Positions 6,977 to 16,039 are shown, counted from the stretch's first letter. The stretch: DNA of 33,286 nt from an uncultured Enterobacteriaceae bacterium (GCA_964420785.1 CAYQVE010000003.1:1-33286); one strand, 5' to 3'. The notes: generated from the letters alone by a model not told the origin. Program-made: numbers and translations.

Positions 6977-7173
6977 TTGGGATTCTCTTCGATGTCGGGT
7001 AGCTTATAACGTATAGTGAACTGCGCAAATGCCGTGTATTAGACTCCTCTTCGCCTCCTCCTGCCATCTGACCCCTTGAATCAAGCGTTTAGGGTGGCGT
7101 GGTGTTATTTCATGCCTGGGCAGTGCGCTCTTCACGCGGGTGTATAAGGGTTTAGGCTGCAAAGGGGAAAGAG

Positions 7174-7540
7174 ATGTCGGAAGAATCAAGCGGTGGCCGG
7201 TCTAGGGCGAATGCGCCGCGACTTCTCGATCAGGTCCGCGAGGCGATAAGGTGGAAGTACTTTAGCCGCCACACCGAGCAGGCCTATGTGCATTGGATCC
7301 GGCGCTTCATTTACTTTCACGGCAAGCGCCATCCCCGCGATCTGGGCGAGGCGGAGGTGACGGCTTTCCTGAACGATCTGTCGGTGGAGCGCAAGGTGGC
7401 GGCCGGAACGCAGAATCAGGCGCTCTCCGCGCTGCTTTTTATGTACAAGGAAGTGCTCGGGCGGGAGCTTGCTGGCTCGACGGCCTGCAACGGGCCAAGT
7501 GCCCGCCTCGCCTGCCTGTCGTTCTCACGCGTGCCGCAAT
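7174..7540 (+). pseudogene. intI: integron-integrase-like tyrosine recombinase, N-terminal fragment (frameshifted, then truncated)
   Basis: LLDQVREAIRWKYFSRHTEQAYVHWIRRFIYFHGKRHPRDLGEAEVTAFLNDLSVERKVAAGTQNQALSALLFMYKEVLGREL parallels the IntI N-terminal (SAM_4) domain. After about 7470 the match continues in another frame (WLDGLQRAKCPPRLPVVLTR). It stops near 7525-7540, and the catalytic domain is absent. Confidence 0.75.
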
Positions 7541-7560
7541 CCAGCGTCGGCCGACCGTGC

Positions 7561-7805
7561 GTCACGTAGAAGGTCCCGTGCAGCACGATGTCGGCGATCG
7601 CGTCGAAGCCGCGCGGGGAGAGGTCCTCGGTGCGCGAGATGAAGTTGCCCGCCGCGTCGTTGACGAGGCCCGTGAGCGGCCCGCCCTCGTCCCAGATCGC
7701 CTGCACGATCGCCTCCACGCCGTGAGCGTCGCGGATGTCGCAGGCGTAGGTCTTCAACGGGCCGCCGTGCCTTTCCGTGAGATCGGCGGCCGTCTTGTCG
7801 CCGAT
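7561..7805 (-). pseudogene. internal fragment of a short-chain dehydrogenase/reductase (2,4-dienoyl-CoA-reductase-like)
   Basis: DKTAADLTERHGGPLKTYACDIRDAHGVEAIVQAIWDEGGPLTGLVNDAAGNFISRTEDLSPRGFDAIADIVLHGTFYVT includes the NNAG-like block. It lacks both the N-terminal glycine-rich NAD motif and the catalytic YxxxK part. It abuts the truncated intI. Confidence 0.6.
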
Positions 7806-8540
7806 CCTCGCAGTCCAGGCTCAGAAGTTCATCAAACGCGCGCGAGAGAAGCGCGGCGGCAGGAAGCATCTCTTCTATACCTTGATGGCGACCCGAGCTG
7901 CCCGGGTATCGCCGGACCACGTTCGTGCCCTGAACATGATCGACCTGGAGTTCTACGGAAGAAGGCTCTTCGGGCTGAGGTTCCAGTCGCCCGCGGAAAA
8001 AGCGAGTCATCGCCGCGTGGCGCGCCTATCAGGATCACCTGAACCAGCCGCGGGACCCGAAAGTTGAAACCGTGGAAAGCATCCGCGGGTGGTCGAGCAC
8101 GGCGACGAACTGTTCACGAAACTGCTCTTCGAAATTTCCACGTCGCTCGGATTCGACTTCGACTAGGTTCAGCTTCGCAGGGGCATCTACAGCCTGAGGG
8201 CGCACGACGATAACGATCGGGCGCAGATAGCGATTCGCGACGGGCTCGCCCGCCTCCTTAACGGCGACGGGGCCATCAAGATGGCGGTGACCTCGCTGCC
8301 GGTCGCGGACGAGGACCTCGCCCGCGGACGCAAGGTGCAGGAGGCGCTGATCGACCACCTCTCGGGGAACCGCCCGATCAGAGTGAAGATGGAGCCGGAA
8401 AACGGCCACGATCGGCCCGACCGAGATGTTCGAGCCTGACCTCTCAGCGGACGAGCGCCTTCGCGACCTTGTAGACGTCCTCCGCGAGATCGAGGACCGG
8501 CGTCCATTCCGCGAACTTCGCGGTATCCGAATCGCCGACC

Positions 8541-8590
8541 CTTTACGACTAGACTTGTTCCGCTCGCCCCGCTTCGGGGTGCGCAGGGGG
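8541..8590. repeat. second copy of the left arm plus centre of the 202-279 att-like site (hybrid site)
   Basis: TTTACGACTAGACTTGTTCCGCTCGCCCCGCTTCGGGGTGCGCAGGGGGG aligns with 204-253 with a few substitutions and single-base indels. The right arm is replaced by CGAAATCAAACATA. Confidence 0.7.
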
Positions 8591-8668
8591 GCGAAATCAA
8601 ACATACTCGGGGTGCGCAGGGGGTGAAATCAAACATACTCGGGGTGCGCAGGGGGTGAAATCAAACAT
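8571..8668. repeat. three tandem units (34+32+32 nt) of core CTCGGGGTGCGCAGGGGG plus TGAAATCAAACATA
   Basis: Units at 8605-8636 and 8637-8668 are identical. The unit at 8571-8604 differs by one substitution and two single-base insertions. Confidence 0.85.
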
Positions 8669-8954
8669 AACTTGACGGCAACGAGCCGCGATGGAGTCTG
8701 ATCGCGCGTGCGGTTTCTCGCATTATCAACTACTTGTCTAGATTAAAACCCGTCTGACGGCGCGCGAGCGCGGCCGTGGCACAATTGGGGCACTGCTGGC
8801 GGCCGACGGTATTGTTGACGGTATATTCAGAAGTGACTAACTATTCCTATTATGAATCAATACTATAAGTCGAGTTTCGCTCTACTCGCACGCTACGCCG
8901 AGCGCCTGCTCCGTCGCAAATAGGCGGCGGCGACCGCCCGCGCCCGCGCTCCTG

Positions 8955-11900
8955 ATGGCATTTTCCCCGGCCGAGATCGAGCAGCGTCGCGCGCTCGTGC
9001 CGCGTCCCGAGTTTCCGCCCGAGCTGCCGATCTCGGCCAAGCGCGAGGAGATCGCGAAGGCCATCTCCTCGCACCCAGTCGTGATCGTGTGCGGTGAAAC
9101 CGGCTCGGGCAAGACCACGCAGCTGCCCAAGATCTGCCTCGGTCTCGGCCGCGGGATCGAGGGGCTCATAGGGCACACCCAGCCGCGCCGGATCGCCGCG
9201 CGCGCCACCGCTTCGCGCGTCGCCCGGGAGCTGAGGACCGAGCTTGGAGGCGCGGTCGGCTACAAGGTCCGCTTCACCGACAAGGTTGGCCCGCGCTCCT
9301 ACATCAAGATCATGACCGACGGCATCCTGCTCGCCGAAACACAAGGGGACCGCGAGCTGCGCCAGTACGACTCGCTGATAATCGACGAGGCGCACGAGCG
9401 CAGTCTCAACGTCGACTTTTTGCTCGGGTACCTGAAGCAGCTCCTGCCGCGGCGCCCGGATTTGAAGCTCGTCGTCACCTCGGCGACCCTAGACGCCGAG
9501 CGGTTCTCCAAGCACTTCGACGGCGCTCCTGTCATAGAGGTTTCCGGGCGGCTTTACCCGGTGGAAGTCCGTTACCGCCCGGTCGAATCGGAGGACGACG
9601 ACTACGATCTCAACGAGGCAATCAGCGACGCGGTGGACGAGCTTGCACGCGAGGGTCAAGGGGACGTGCTCGTGTTTCTCCCGGGCGAGCGCGAGATCCG
9701 CGAGGCGGGGGAGACCTTGCGCAAGGGCCACCCGCCGCATACGGAGATCCTGCCCCTGTTCGCGCGGCTCTCGACCGAGGAGCAGGAGCGGATATTCAAG
9801 CCGCACGCCGGCCGGCGCATCGTGCTCGCGACGAACGTCGCGGAAACCTCGCTCACCGTCCCGGGAATCCGCTATGTCGTGGACGCCGGTCTCGCGCGCA
9901 TGAAGCGCTACAGCTACCGCAACAAGGTCGAGCAGTTGCGCGTGGAGAACGTTTCCCAGGCCTCGGCGAAGCAGCGCGCAGGCCGCTGCGGCCGCGTCGC
10001 AAGCGGGACCTGCGTCCGCCTCTACACCGAGGAGGAATTCGAGTCCCGTCCGGCGTTCACCGATCCCGAGGTATTGCGCTCGTCGCTCGCCGGCGTCATC
10101 CTGCGAATGAAGTCGCTCTGCCTGGGAACGGTCGAGGAATTCCCCTTCATCGATCCGCCGGCCCCCAGGGTCGTCCAGGACGGGTACGCACTGCTCGCAG
10201 AGTTGGGTGCCGTGGACGAAGCGAGCGAGCTGACCGAAATCGGAAAGCAGCTTGCGAAGCTCCCGGTCGACCCGCGCATCGGCCGCATGGTCCTCGCGGC
10301 GAAATCGGAGAATGCTCTGCGCGAGGTGTTGATCATCGCCGCGGGGCTCTCGGTGCAGGACCCTCGCCAGAGGCCGAGCGAGCGCGCTGCCGCCGCCGAC
10401 GAGGCGCAGAAACGCTTCGACGACGAGAAGTCCGATTTCCTTTCCTGGATCAAGCTCTGGAATTTTTTCGAGGAAACCCTCGCGCACAGAAAATCCAGCC
10501 GCAAGCTCCATGAATCGTGCCGCGAGCATTTCCTGTCCTTCAACCGCATGCGCGAGTGGCGTGATATCCACGGGCAGTTGAAGGAGTTGGTCCTCGAGTT
10601 GGGCTGGCGCATTTCCGAGACGCCCGCCACCTATCAGCAAGTCCATCGGGCGCTGCTCGCGGGCCTGCTCGGCAATGTCGGCACGAAGACCGAGGACGGA
10701 AATTATCTGGGCGCCCGCGGCATCCGTTTCTGGATTCATCCGGGCTCGGGTGTGCGAAGGAAGGCGGGCCGCTGGATCATGGCGGCGGAGCTGACCGAGA
10801 CCACGCGGCTGTACGCGCGATGCGTCGCCGCCATCGAGACCGAGTGGCTGGAGTCGGTTGGCGGGCACCTCGTCAAGCGGCACCAGTACGAGCCGCACTG
10901 GGAGAAGCAGGCGGCGCGCGTCGCCGCGTTCGAGCGTGGAACGCTCTACGGCCTGCTGCTGTATGCAAAGCGGCGCGTGCATTACGGACCCATGGACCCG
11001 GTCGAATCGCGGAGGATATTCATCCGCCAGGCGCTGGTCGAGGGCGACTACGACACGCGCGCGCCGTTCTTTCTGCACAACCGCAGGCTCATCCAGGAGA
11101 TCGAGCAACTCGAGCACAAGTCACGCCGGCCGGACGTGCTCGTGGACGACGAGCTGATCAGTGCCTTCTACGAGAGCCTGGTGCCCGGAGGCATCCACAA
11201 CGGCGCGGATTTCGAGCGCTGGCGCCGCGAAGCGGAAAGCGCGAACCCGAAGCTGCTGTTCCTCAAGCGCGAGGACCTGATGCGCCACGAGGCGGCGGGG
11301 ATCACGACGATACAGTTTCCGCACCGGCTGGAGATGGCGGGACGCAGCTTCGCGCTCGATTACCATCACGAGCCCGGCTCGCCGCGCGACGGCGTGACGC
11401 TCACCGTGCCGCTTCTCGCGCTCAATCAGGTCGATGCGGCGCGGTGCGACTGGCTCGTGCCCGGGCTCGCGCGCGAGAAAGTCACGCGGCTCGCGAAGTC
11501 GCTGCCGCAGAAACTCCGCCACCAGCTCGGCCCGCTGCAGGAGTTCGTCGACGCATTCCTCCGAGCGAACGAGCACGCGGATGCGCCGCCGGCGCAGGCC
11601 ATTGCCCGCTACGCGCGCCGCGAGCTGAACCTCGCCGTTCCGCTCGATGCCTTCCGGCCGGAGACGCTCCCTGCGCACCTGTCGATGAATTTCCGCATCG
11701 TCGACGAGCACGGGCGGCAGCTCGCGACGGGACGCAACCTCGCCCAGCTGCGCGCCGAGCTCGGCCAGAAGGCCGGAGAGCAGTTCGCCGAGCTTGCGCG
11801 CTCGGATGCGCCGGCCACGAAAGTCACCGCCTGGGATTTCGGGGATCTGGAGGAGGTGATGGAAGTCCGGCACGGGTCCCAGACGCTCATCGGTTACCCG

Positions 11901-12671
11901 GGTCTGGTGGACCACGAGGATTCCGTGAGCCTCGAGGTCTTCGATTCCGCGGAGAAGGCCCGAGAGGCGCATCGGCCGGGCCTGCGCCGGCTGTTCAGGC
12001 TGCAGTTGAGGGAGCAGGCTCGCCACATCGAGAGGAATCTGCCCGGGTCGCAGGCGATGGCGCTTCAGTTCGCCGTTTTCGGCGAGGTCGCCGATCTGAA
12101 GGAGCAGCTCCTTGCCGCGGCTTTCGATCGTGCCTGCCTACAGGAGCCTTGGCCGCGCTCGCGCGCCGAGCTCGAGCGGCGCCGCGACGAAGCGCGCTCG
12201 CGCGTCACGCTGCTTGCGCAGGAAATCGCGCGGCTGGCAGGAATAATTCTCGCCGAGCATGCAGCGCTGCAGAAAAAGCTGCAGCAGGCGTCCAAGGCGT
12301 TTCCCGAGCCTTGCCGCGACATCCAGGAGAGCACGGCCCTACTTCTATCCAAGCGGTTCATCGAGCGGACGCCCTACGAGCGGCTGCAGCACTTCCCGCG
12401 CTACCTCAAGGCCGCGGGCCTGCGGCTCGAGAAGCTAAGAGCGGATGCCGGCCGCGACGCGCGTCTCGCCGCGGAATTCGCGCCCCTTTGCGCGCAATGG
12501 CTGCGAGAACAGGCCAGGCAAGTGAAATCGGGCAGCCGTGATCCTCAGCTCGAACAGTTTCGCTGGCTGCTCGAGGAGCTGCGCGTACAGCTTTTCGCCC
12601 AGGAGCTGAAGACCTCGGTACCTGTTTCGGTCAAGCGACTGTCGAAGATGTGGCAAACTATTCAGCGCTGA
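8955..12671 (+). CDS. hrpA: ATP-dependent RNA helicase HrpA (DEAH-box)
   Basis: GETGSGKTTQLPK (Walker A) and IIDEAHERS (DEAH) are present. The 1238-aa length with a long C-terminal extension is typical of HrpA. Confidence 0.95.
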   Translation: MAFSPAEIEQRRALVPRPEFPPELPISAKREEIAKAISSHPVVIVCGETGSGKTTQLPKICLGLGRGIEGLIGHTQPRRIAARATASRVARELRTELGGAVGYKVRFTDKVGPRSYIKIMTDGILLAETQGDRELRQYDSLIIDEAHERSLNVDFLLGYLKQLLPRRPDLKLVVTSATLDAERFSKHFDGAPVIEVSGRLYPVEVRYRPVESEDDDYDLNEAISDAVDELAREGQGDVLVFLPGEREIREAGETLRKGHPPHTEILPLFARLSTEEQERIFKPHAGRRIVLATNVAETSLTVPGIRYVVDAGLARMKRYSYRNKVEQLRVENVSQASAKQRAGRCGRVASGTCVRLYTEEEFESRPAFTDPEVLRSSLAGVILRMKSLCLGTVEEFPFIDPPAPRVVQDGYALLAELGAVDEASELTEIGKQLAKLPVDPRIGRMVLAAKSENALREVLIIAAGLSVQDPRQRPSERAAAADEAQKRFDDEKSDFLSWIKLWNFFEETLAHRKSSRKLHESCREHFLSFNRMREWRDIHGQLKELVLELGWRISETPATYQQVHRALLAGLLGNVGTKTEDGNYLGARGIRFWIHPGSGVRRKAGRWIMAAELTETTRLYARCVAAIETEWLESVGGHLVKRHQYEPHWEKQAARVAAFERGTLYGLLLYAKRRVHYGPMDPVESRRIFIRQALVEGDYDTRAPFFLHNRRLIQEIEQLEHKSRRPDVLVDDELISAFYESLVPGGIHNGADFERWRREAESANPKLLFLKREDLMRHEAAGITTIQFPHRLEMAGRSFALDYHHEPGSPRDGVTLTVPLLALNQVDAARCDWLVPGLAREKVTRLAKSLPQKLRHQLGPLQEFVDAFLRANEHADAPPAQAIARYARRELNLAVPLDAFRPETLPAHLSMNFRIVDEHGRQLATGRNLAQLRAELGQKAGEQFAELARSDAPATKVTAWDFGDLEEVMEVRHGSQTLIGYPGLVDHEDSVSLEVFDSAEKAREAHRPGLRRLFRLQLREQARHIERNLPGSQAMALQFAVFGEVADLKEQLLAAAFDRACLQEPWPRSRAELERRRDEARSRVTLLAQEIARLAGIILAEHAALQKKLQQASKAFPEPCRDIQESTALLLSKRFIERTPYERLQHFPRYLKAAGLRLEKLRADAGRDARLAAEFAPLCAQWLREQARQVKSGSRDPQLEQFRWLLEELRVQLFAQELKTSVPVSVKRLSKMWQTIQR

Positions 12672-12697
12672 TTTTTCACTGCTTCAGACGGGTCCAT

Positions 12698-13444
12698 ATG
12701 AACGCAATACTCAATGCCCTCGCGCGGGCGTTTGTGAGTCTGCTACATCCGAAGATGCTCTGGCTCATGGTATGGCCGGTGATCGTCGCGTTGGTCCTAT
12801 GGGTGACGCTCGCCGTGCTCTACTGGGGCGCGGCCGCGCAGTGGATCGCTGCACAGCTGCACCAGTGGCCTCTGTACGAGTGGGCGGTCTCGGTCTGGCC
12901 CCTCAAGCTCATTGCGGCATGGTTCGGCTGGATCTTCCTGCTGCTGTTGTTCGTGCCTGCAGTTCTGATCACCGCAGTGCTGATTATCAGCGTCGTTTCC
13001 ATGCCGGCGATGGCCGCCCATGTCGGCGGGCGCGACTACCCGGGGCTCGTCCGCCGGAAGGGGGGCACGTTCGCCGGCAGCCTCTGGAATGCCCTCGTCG
13101 CGCTCATGATGTTTGGGCTGTTCTTCGCGGTCAGCTCGCCGCTTTGGCTGGTTCCGCTGCTGTGGCCGGTGCTCCCCTTGGCTCTGTTCGGCTATTTCAA
13201 CCAGCGTGTCTTCCGCTACGACGCTCTCGCGGAGCACGCGACCGCCGCCGAGATCGCGGAGATCATCCGCCGCCACCGTGGCGGGCTGTTTCTGCTGGGC
13301 GTCGCGCTCGCGCTCGTCGGTCACGTGCCTGTTCTCGGGCTCTTGATGCCCGTGTACGGCGGGCTCGCCTTCATCCACTACGGCCTCGAGCGCCTCGGCG
13401 AGCTGCGCAGCGAGCCGATCGAGGGGACGGCGGCGCCGGTGTGA
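12698..13444 (+). CDS. EI24/CysZ-like inner-membrane protein
   Basis: MNAILNALARAFVSLLHPKMLWLMVWPVIVAL... is followed by multiple TM helices. The ATG at 12698 lies just after the hrpA stop. Confidence 0.75.
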   Translation: MNAILNALARAFVSLLHPKMLWLMVWPVIVALVLWVTLAVLYWGAAAQWIAAQLHQWPLYEWAVSVWPLKLIAAWFGWIFLLLLFVPAVLITAVLIISVVSMPAMAAHVGGRDYPGLVRRKGGTFAGSLWNALVALMMFGLFFAVSSPLWLVPLLWPVLPLALFGYFNQRVFRYDALAEHATAAEIAEIIRRHRGGLFLLGVALALVGHVPVLGLLMPVYGGLAFIHYGLERLGELRSEPIEGTAAPV

Positions 13445-13445
13445 G

Positions 13446-14198
13446 ATGGGAACTGGGGCGATCATTATCGGCGACGAAATCATTCGCGGGAAGCGCGAGG
13501 ACAAGCATTTCGCCAAGCTGATTGAGATCCTTCGCGTGCGCGGAATGAGGCTCGACTGGTGCAATTACCTCGGCGACCGCCCCGACCTGATCACGGCCAC
13601 GCTCAGGCGCACGATGGCGTCAGGAGATATCGTGTTCAGCTTCGGCGGAATCGGCGCGACACCCGACGATCATACCCGCCAGTGCGCCGCAGACGCAGCG
13701 GGCGTGGAGCTGGCGCTGCATCCCGATGCGGAGGCGGCGATCCGCTCGCGCACCGACATGCAAATCACGCCGCAGCGCCTCAAGATGGGCGAATTCCCGC
13801 GCGGGGCAAGGATCATTCCCAATCCGTACAATCGCATTCCGGGGTTCTCGCTCGTGGATCACCACTTCGTGCCGGGTTTCCCGGTGATGGCTTGGCCCAT
13901 GGTCGAGTGGGTGCTGGACCAACGCTACGCGCATCTGTTTCACGGCACGCCGGAAGCTGAGGCTTCCGTCATCGTCTATGACCTGCCGGAATCCATCGTC
14001 ACGCCGCTGATGATCGAACTGGAACAGCGCTACCGCAGCTTGAAGTCGTTCAGCCTGCCCAGTATGGGCGAGGCGGGCGTGCGCCGTCACATCGAACTCG
14101 GGGTGCGAGGAGCACCGGAAGAAGTGACCCCAGCTATCGAGCAAATGAAGCTGGGGGTCGTCGCTCTCGGCGGCAGGTGGGAAAAGCGCTCCTCATGA
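13446..14198 (+). CDS. molybdopterin-binding (MoCF biosynthesis/CinA-N-like) domain protein
   Basis: AIIIGDEIIRGKREDKH...IVFSFGGIGATPDDHTRQ is the MoCF_biosynth signature. Confidence 0.8.
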   Translation: MGTGAIIIGDEIIRGKREDKHFAKLIEILRVRGMRLDWCNYLGDRPDLITATLRRTMASGDIVFSFGGIGATPDDHTRQCAADAAGVELALHPDAEAAIRSRTDMQITPQRLKMGEFPRGARIIPNPYNRIPGFSLVDHHFVPGFPVMAWPMVEWVLDQRYAHLFHGTPEAEASVIVYDLPESIVTPLMIELEQRYRSLKSFSLPSMGEAGVRRHIELGVRGAPEEVTPAIEQMKLGVVALGGRWEKRSS

Positions 14199-14217
14199 TT
14201 TGAAAGAGGTAGGAACA

Positions 14218-14245
14218 AAAAGCCCTGGCTTGCGCCAGGGCTTTA
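14218..14245. terminator. bidirectional intrinsic terminator between convergent genes
   Basis: The stem AAAGCCCTGGC/GCCAGGGCTTT has loop TTGC and A/T runs on both sides. Confidence 0.6.
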
Positions 14246-14293
14246 GGGCGCCCACAGAGAGGAGGAGGGCTTGTGGGCCGCGAAACCTGCAAA

Positions 14294-14836
14294 TTACGCC
14301 GTCGCGCGCTTCCTCGGGGTTTCCCTGGAAGGTGTTGCAGCCGCAGCGAAGTTCGCTTCCGCGATCTCGGTGGCCTGCTTTGCGACCTTGTTGAAGCTGT
14401 AATAGGCGGTGTTGGCTGCGGCGAGCGCAGACTTCACGGCTTGGACAGCCACGTCGGATCCGGCTGGCGCGTTCTTCGAGACCTTGTCGAGAAGACCGAC
14501 TAGGTTCTTGTTAAACTCGACGGCTTGCGCTTCGAGGAACTTGGCTAATTCGCCGTTCGTTTGGGCGGCGACTTCGTATACGCTGCGCGAGTAGGCGATG
14601 GCTTTTTCCATCGTCGGCTGGGTTGCCGCGGCATTCAGGTTGAGGTATTCCTGGGGGTCTTTGGCCTTAAGCAGCGCCTTGGCGTGGCCAACGCCTTCCT
14701 CAAATGCGGCCTTGGCTGCGTTGAAATACAGCGCGGATAGGCGCTCGAAAGCGGTGAACTGCGTGTGCGCGAGACCCAGGATGGCCTCGATGCCGGCCTT
14801 GTTCGTGCTGGCGATTTGTTCGGGCGTGAAGTTCAT
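14294..14836 (-). CDS. phaP: phasin family protein (PHA granule-associated)
   Basis: The Ala-rich helical protein FTPEQIASTNKAGIEAILGLAHTQFTAFERLSALYFNAAKAAFEEG is typical of TIGR01841 phasins. The ATG at 14836 has GGAG 6 nt upstream. An alternative ATG is at 14842. Confidence 0.9.
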   Translation of the reverse strand: MNFTPEQIASTNKAGIEAILGLAHTQFTAFERLSALYFNAAKAAFEEGVGHAKALLKAKDPQEYLNLNAAATQPTMEKAIAYSRSVYEVAAQTNGELAKFLEAQAVEFNKNLVGLLDKVSKNAPAGSDVAVQAVKSALAAANTAYYSFNKVAKQATEIAEANFAAAATPSRETPRKRATA

Positions 14837-14922
14837 GATCATCTCCGTTAGAAAAAAGACTGCGTTGAGCTGAAAAATTCGTACCGCAAGTTTCGCAGTG
14901 CCCTGGTACCATTCCGGTTTTA

Positions 14923-14988
14923 TTGCACTGCAACATATCGGATTTTACAAGGATAACAATCGATGTCAAGAATAATTTGTGCGACGCA
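14923..14988. promoter_or_regulatory. two TGC-type palindromes upstream of phasin (candidate PhaR operators)
   Basis: TTGCACTGCAA lies at 14923-14933 and TGCGACGCA at 14980-14988, about 85-150 nt upstream of the phasin start. Confidence 0.3.
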
Positions 14989-15139
14989 ATAGACCTCTAG
15001 GGGAAAAGGAGAGAAAAGTCCATATAAATAAAGCGTTACATTGGAGTCGTCACTATAGAAGTCAGTGGACACCGACCTCCAACTCTTTGTTTTCAAATGA
15101 TCCGCGCCTCCTCCGGAAAGACCGGACAGTGAGCGAATC

Positions 15140-16039
15140 GTGAGCCCGCGTACCTACGCACCGCCGCCGTCCATCCTTATCCTGCTCGTCCTGCTCGCGC
15201 TCGGCTGGGGGGTCAACTGGCCGATCATGAAGGTGGTGATGGCCGAAATGACGCCGCTGCATTTCCGCGCGCTGTGTCTTGCGGTCGGGGCGGTGGGCCT
15301 TTTCGCGATTGCGCGGGCCAATCGCTTGCCCATCCGCGTCCCTTCGGGGGCTTGGCCGAGGCTGATGGCGATTACGTTTTTCAACGTGGCTGCCTGGAAT
15401 GTTCTCGCGGTCTACGGCGTCACGTTCATGGAATCCGGGCGTGCCGCGATCCTGGCGTATACGTTTCCCGTGTGGAGCGTGCTGCTCGGAGTGTGGGTTC
15501 TGCGCGAGCCGGTGACCGGAAGCCGGCTCGCGGGCGTGGTTCTGGGCGTCCTCGGGATGTTGGTGCTTCTCGGTGACGAGATCCACGCTGTCGGGCGCTC
15601 GCCGACCGGGGCCCTGCTGCTCATCGCTTCGGCGATCAGCTGGGCGGTCAGCACCGTCATCATGAAGCGCTGGCCGGTCGAGCTGCCGACTACTTCGTTT
15701 ACCGGCTGGCAGATGCTGCTCGCCCTCGCGCCGGTTCTCTCGGGCGCTTTGCTATTCGAGGGGGGGAGCTTTTCGCCGCTCGCGCTCTCGACTTGGCCCT
15801 TCTGGGGGCTCGTCTATAACGCGCTCGTAAGCTCCATCTTCTGCAACTGGGCGTGGATCAAGATCGCGACCCACGCGCCAATAAGCGTTTCTTCGCTCTC
15901 CACGTTGATGATCCCGGTCGTGGGTGTGTTCAGCGGAATGCTGCTGTTGGGCGAACATCCGCAGTGGAGCGATTTGGCCGCGCTCGTCTTGGTCGTCGCT
16001 GCCCTGGCCGTTGTGCTCCTGCCGCGGCACCGGACATAG
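15140..16039 (+). CDS. DMT-superfamily (EamA-like) transporter
   Basis: The 299-aa protein has ten hydrophobic segments and two EamA-like halves. It starts at GTG. Confidence 0.85.
   Translation: MSPRTYAPPPSILILLVLLALGWGVNWPIMKVVMAEMTPLHFRALCLAVGAVGLFAIARANRLPIRVPSGAWPRLMAITFFNVAAWNVLAVYGVTFMESGRAAILAYTFPVWSVLLGVWVLREPVTGSRLAGVVLGVLGMLVLLGDEIHAVGRSPTGALLLIASAISWAVSTVIMKRWPVELPTTSFTGWQMLLALAPVLSGALLFEGGSFSPLALSTWPFWGLVYNALVSSIFCNWAWIKIATHAPISVSSLSTLMIPVVGVFSGMLLLGEHPQWSDLAALVLVVAALAVVLLPRHRT

Larger units (their letters stand above)
5771..7540. mobile_element. degenerate chromosomal integron: truncated intI-like gene, attI region and at least two gene cassettes
   Basis: The intI-like N-terminus is on the + strand. 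Divergent, visibly lower-GC ORFs lie on the - strand, each followed by an attC with 1L-2L...2R-1R architecture. Confidence 0.75.

Noticed and set aside
8571-8668. Tandem 32-34-nt repeats considered as a CRISPR array
   Set aside because: The units are directly adjacent with no spacers. There are only three units and no cas genes. The unit shares its core with the att-like site at 202-279.
8575-8668. GGTGCGCA in the repeat core resembles the XerC arm of dif (IMEX-type integration)
   Set aside because: The downstream sequence does not form the required central region plus inverted XerD arm (TTATGTTAAAT-like). ACATAA is in the wrong orientation and position.
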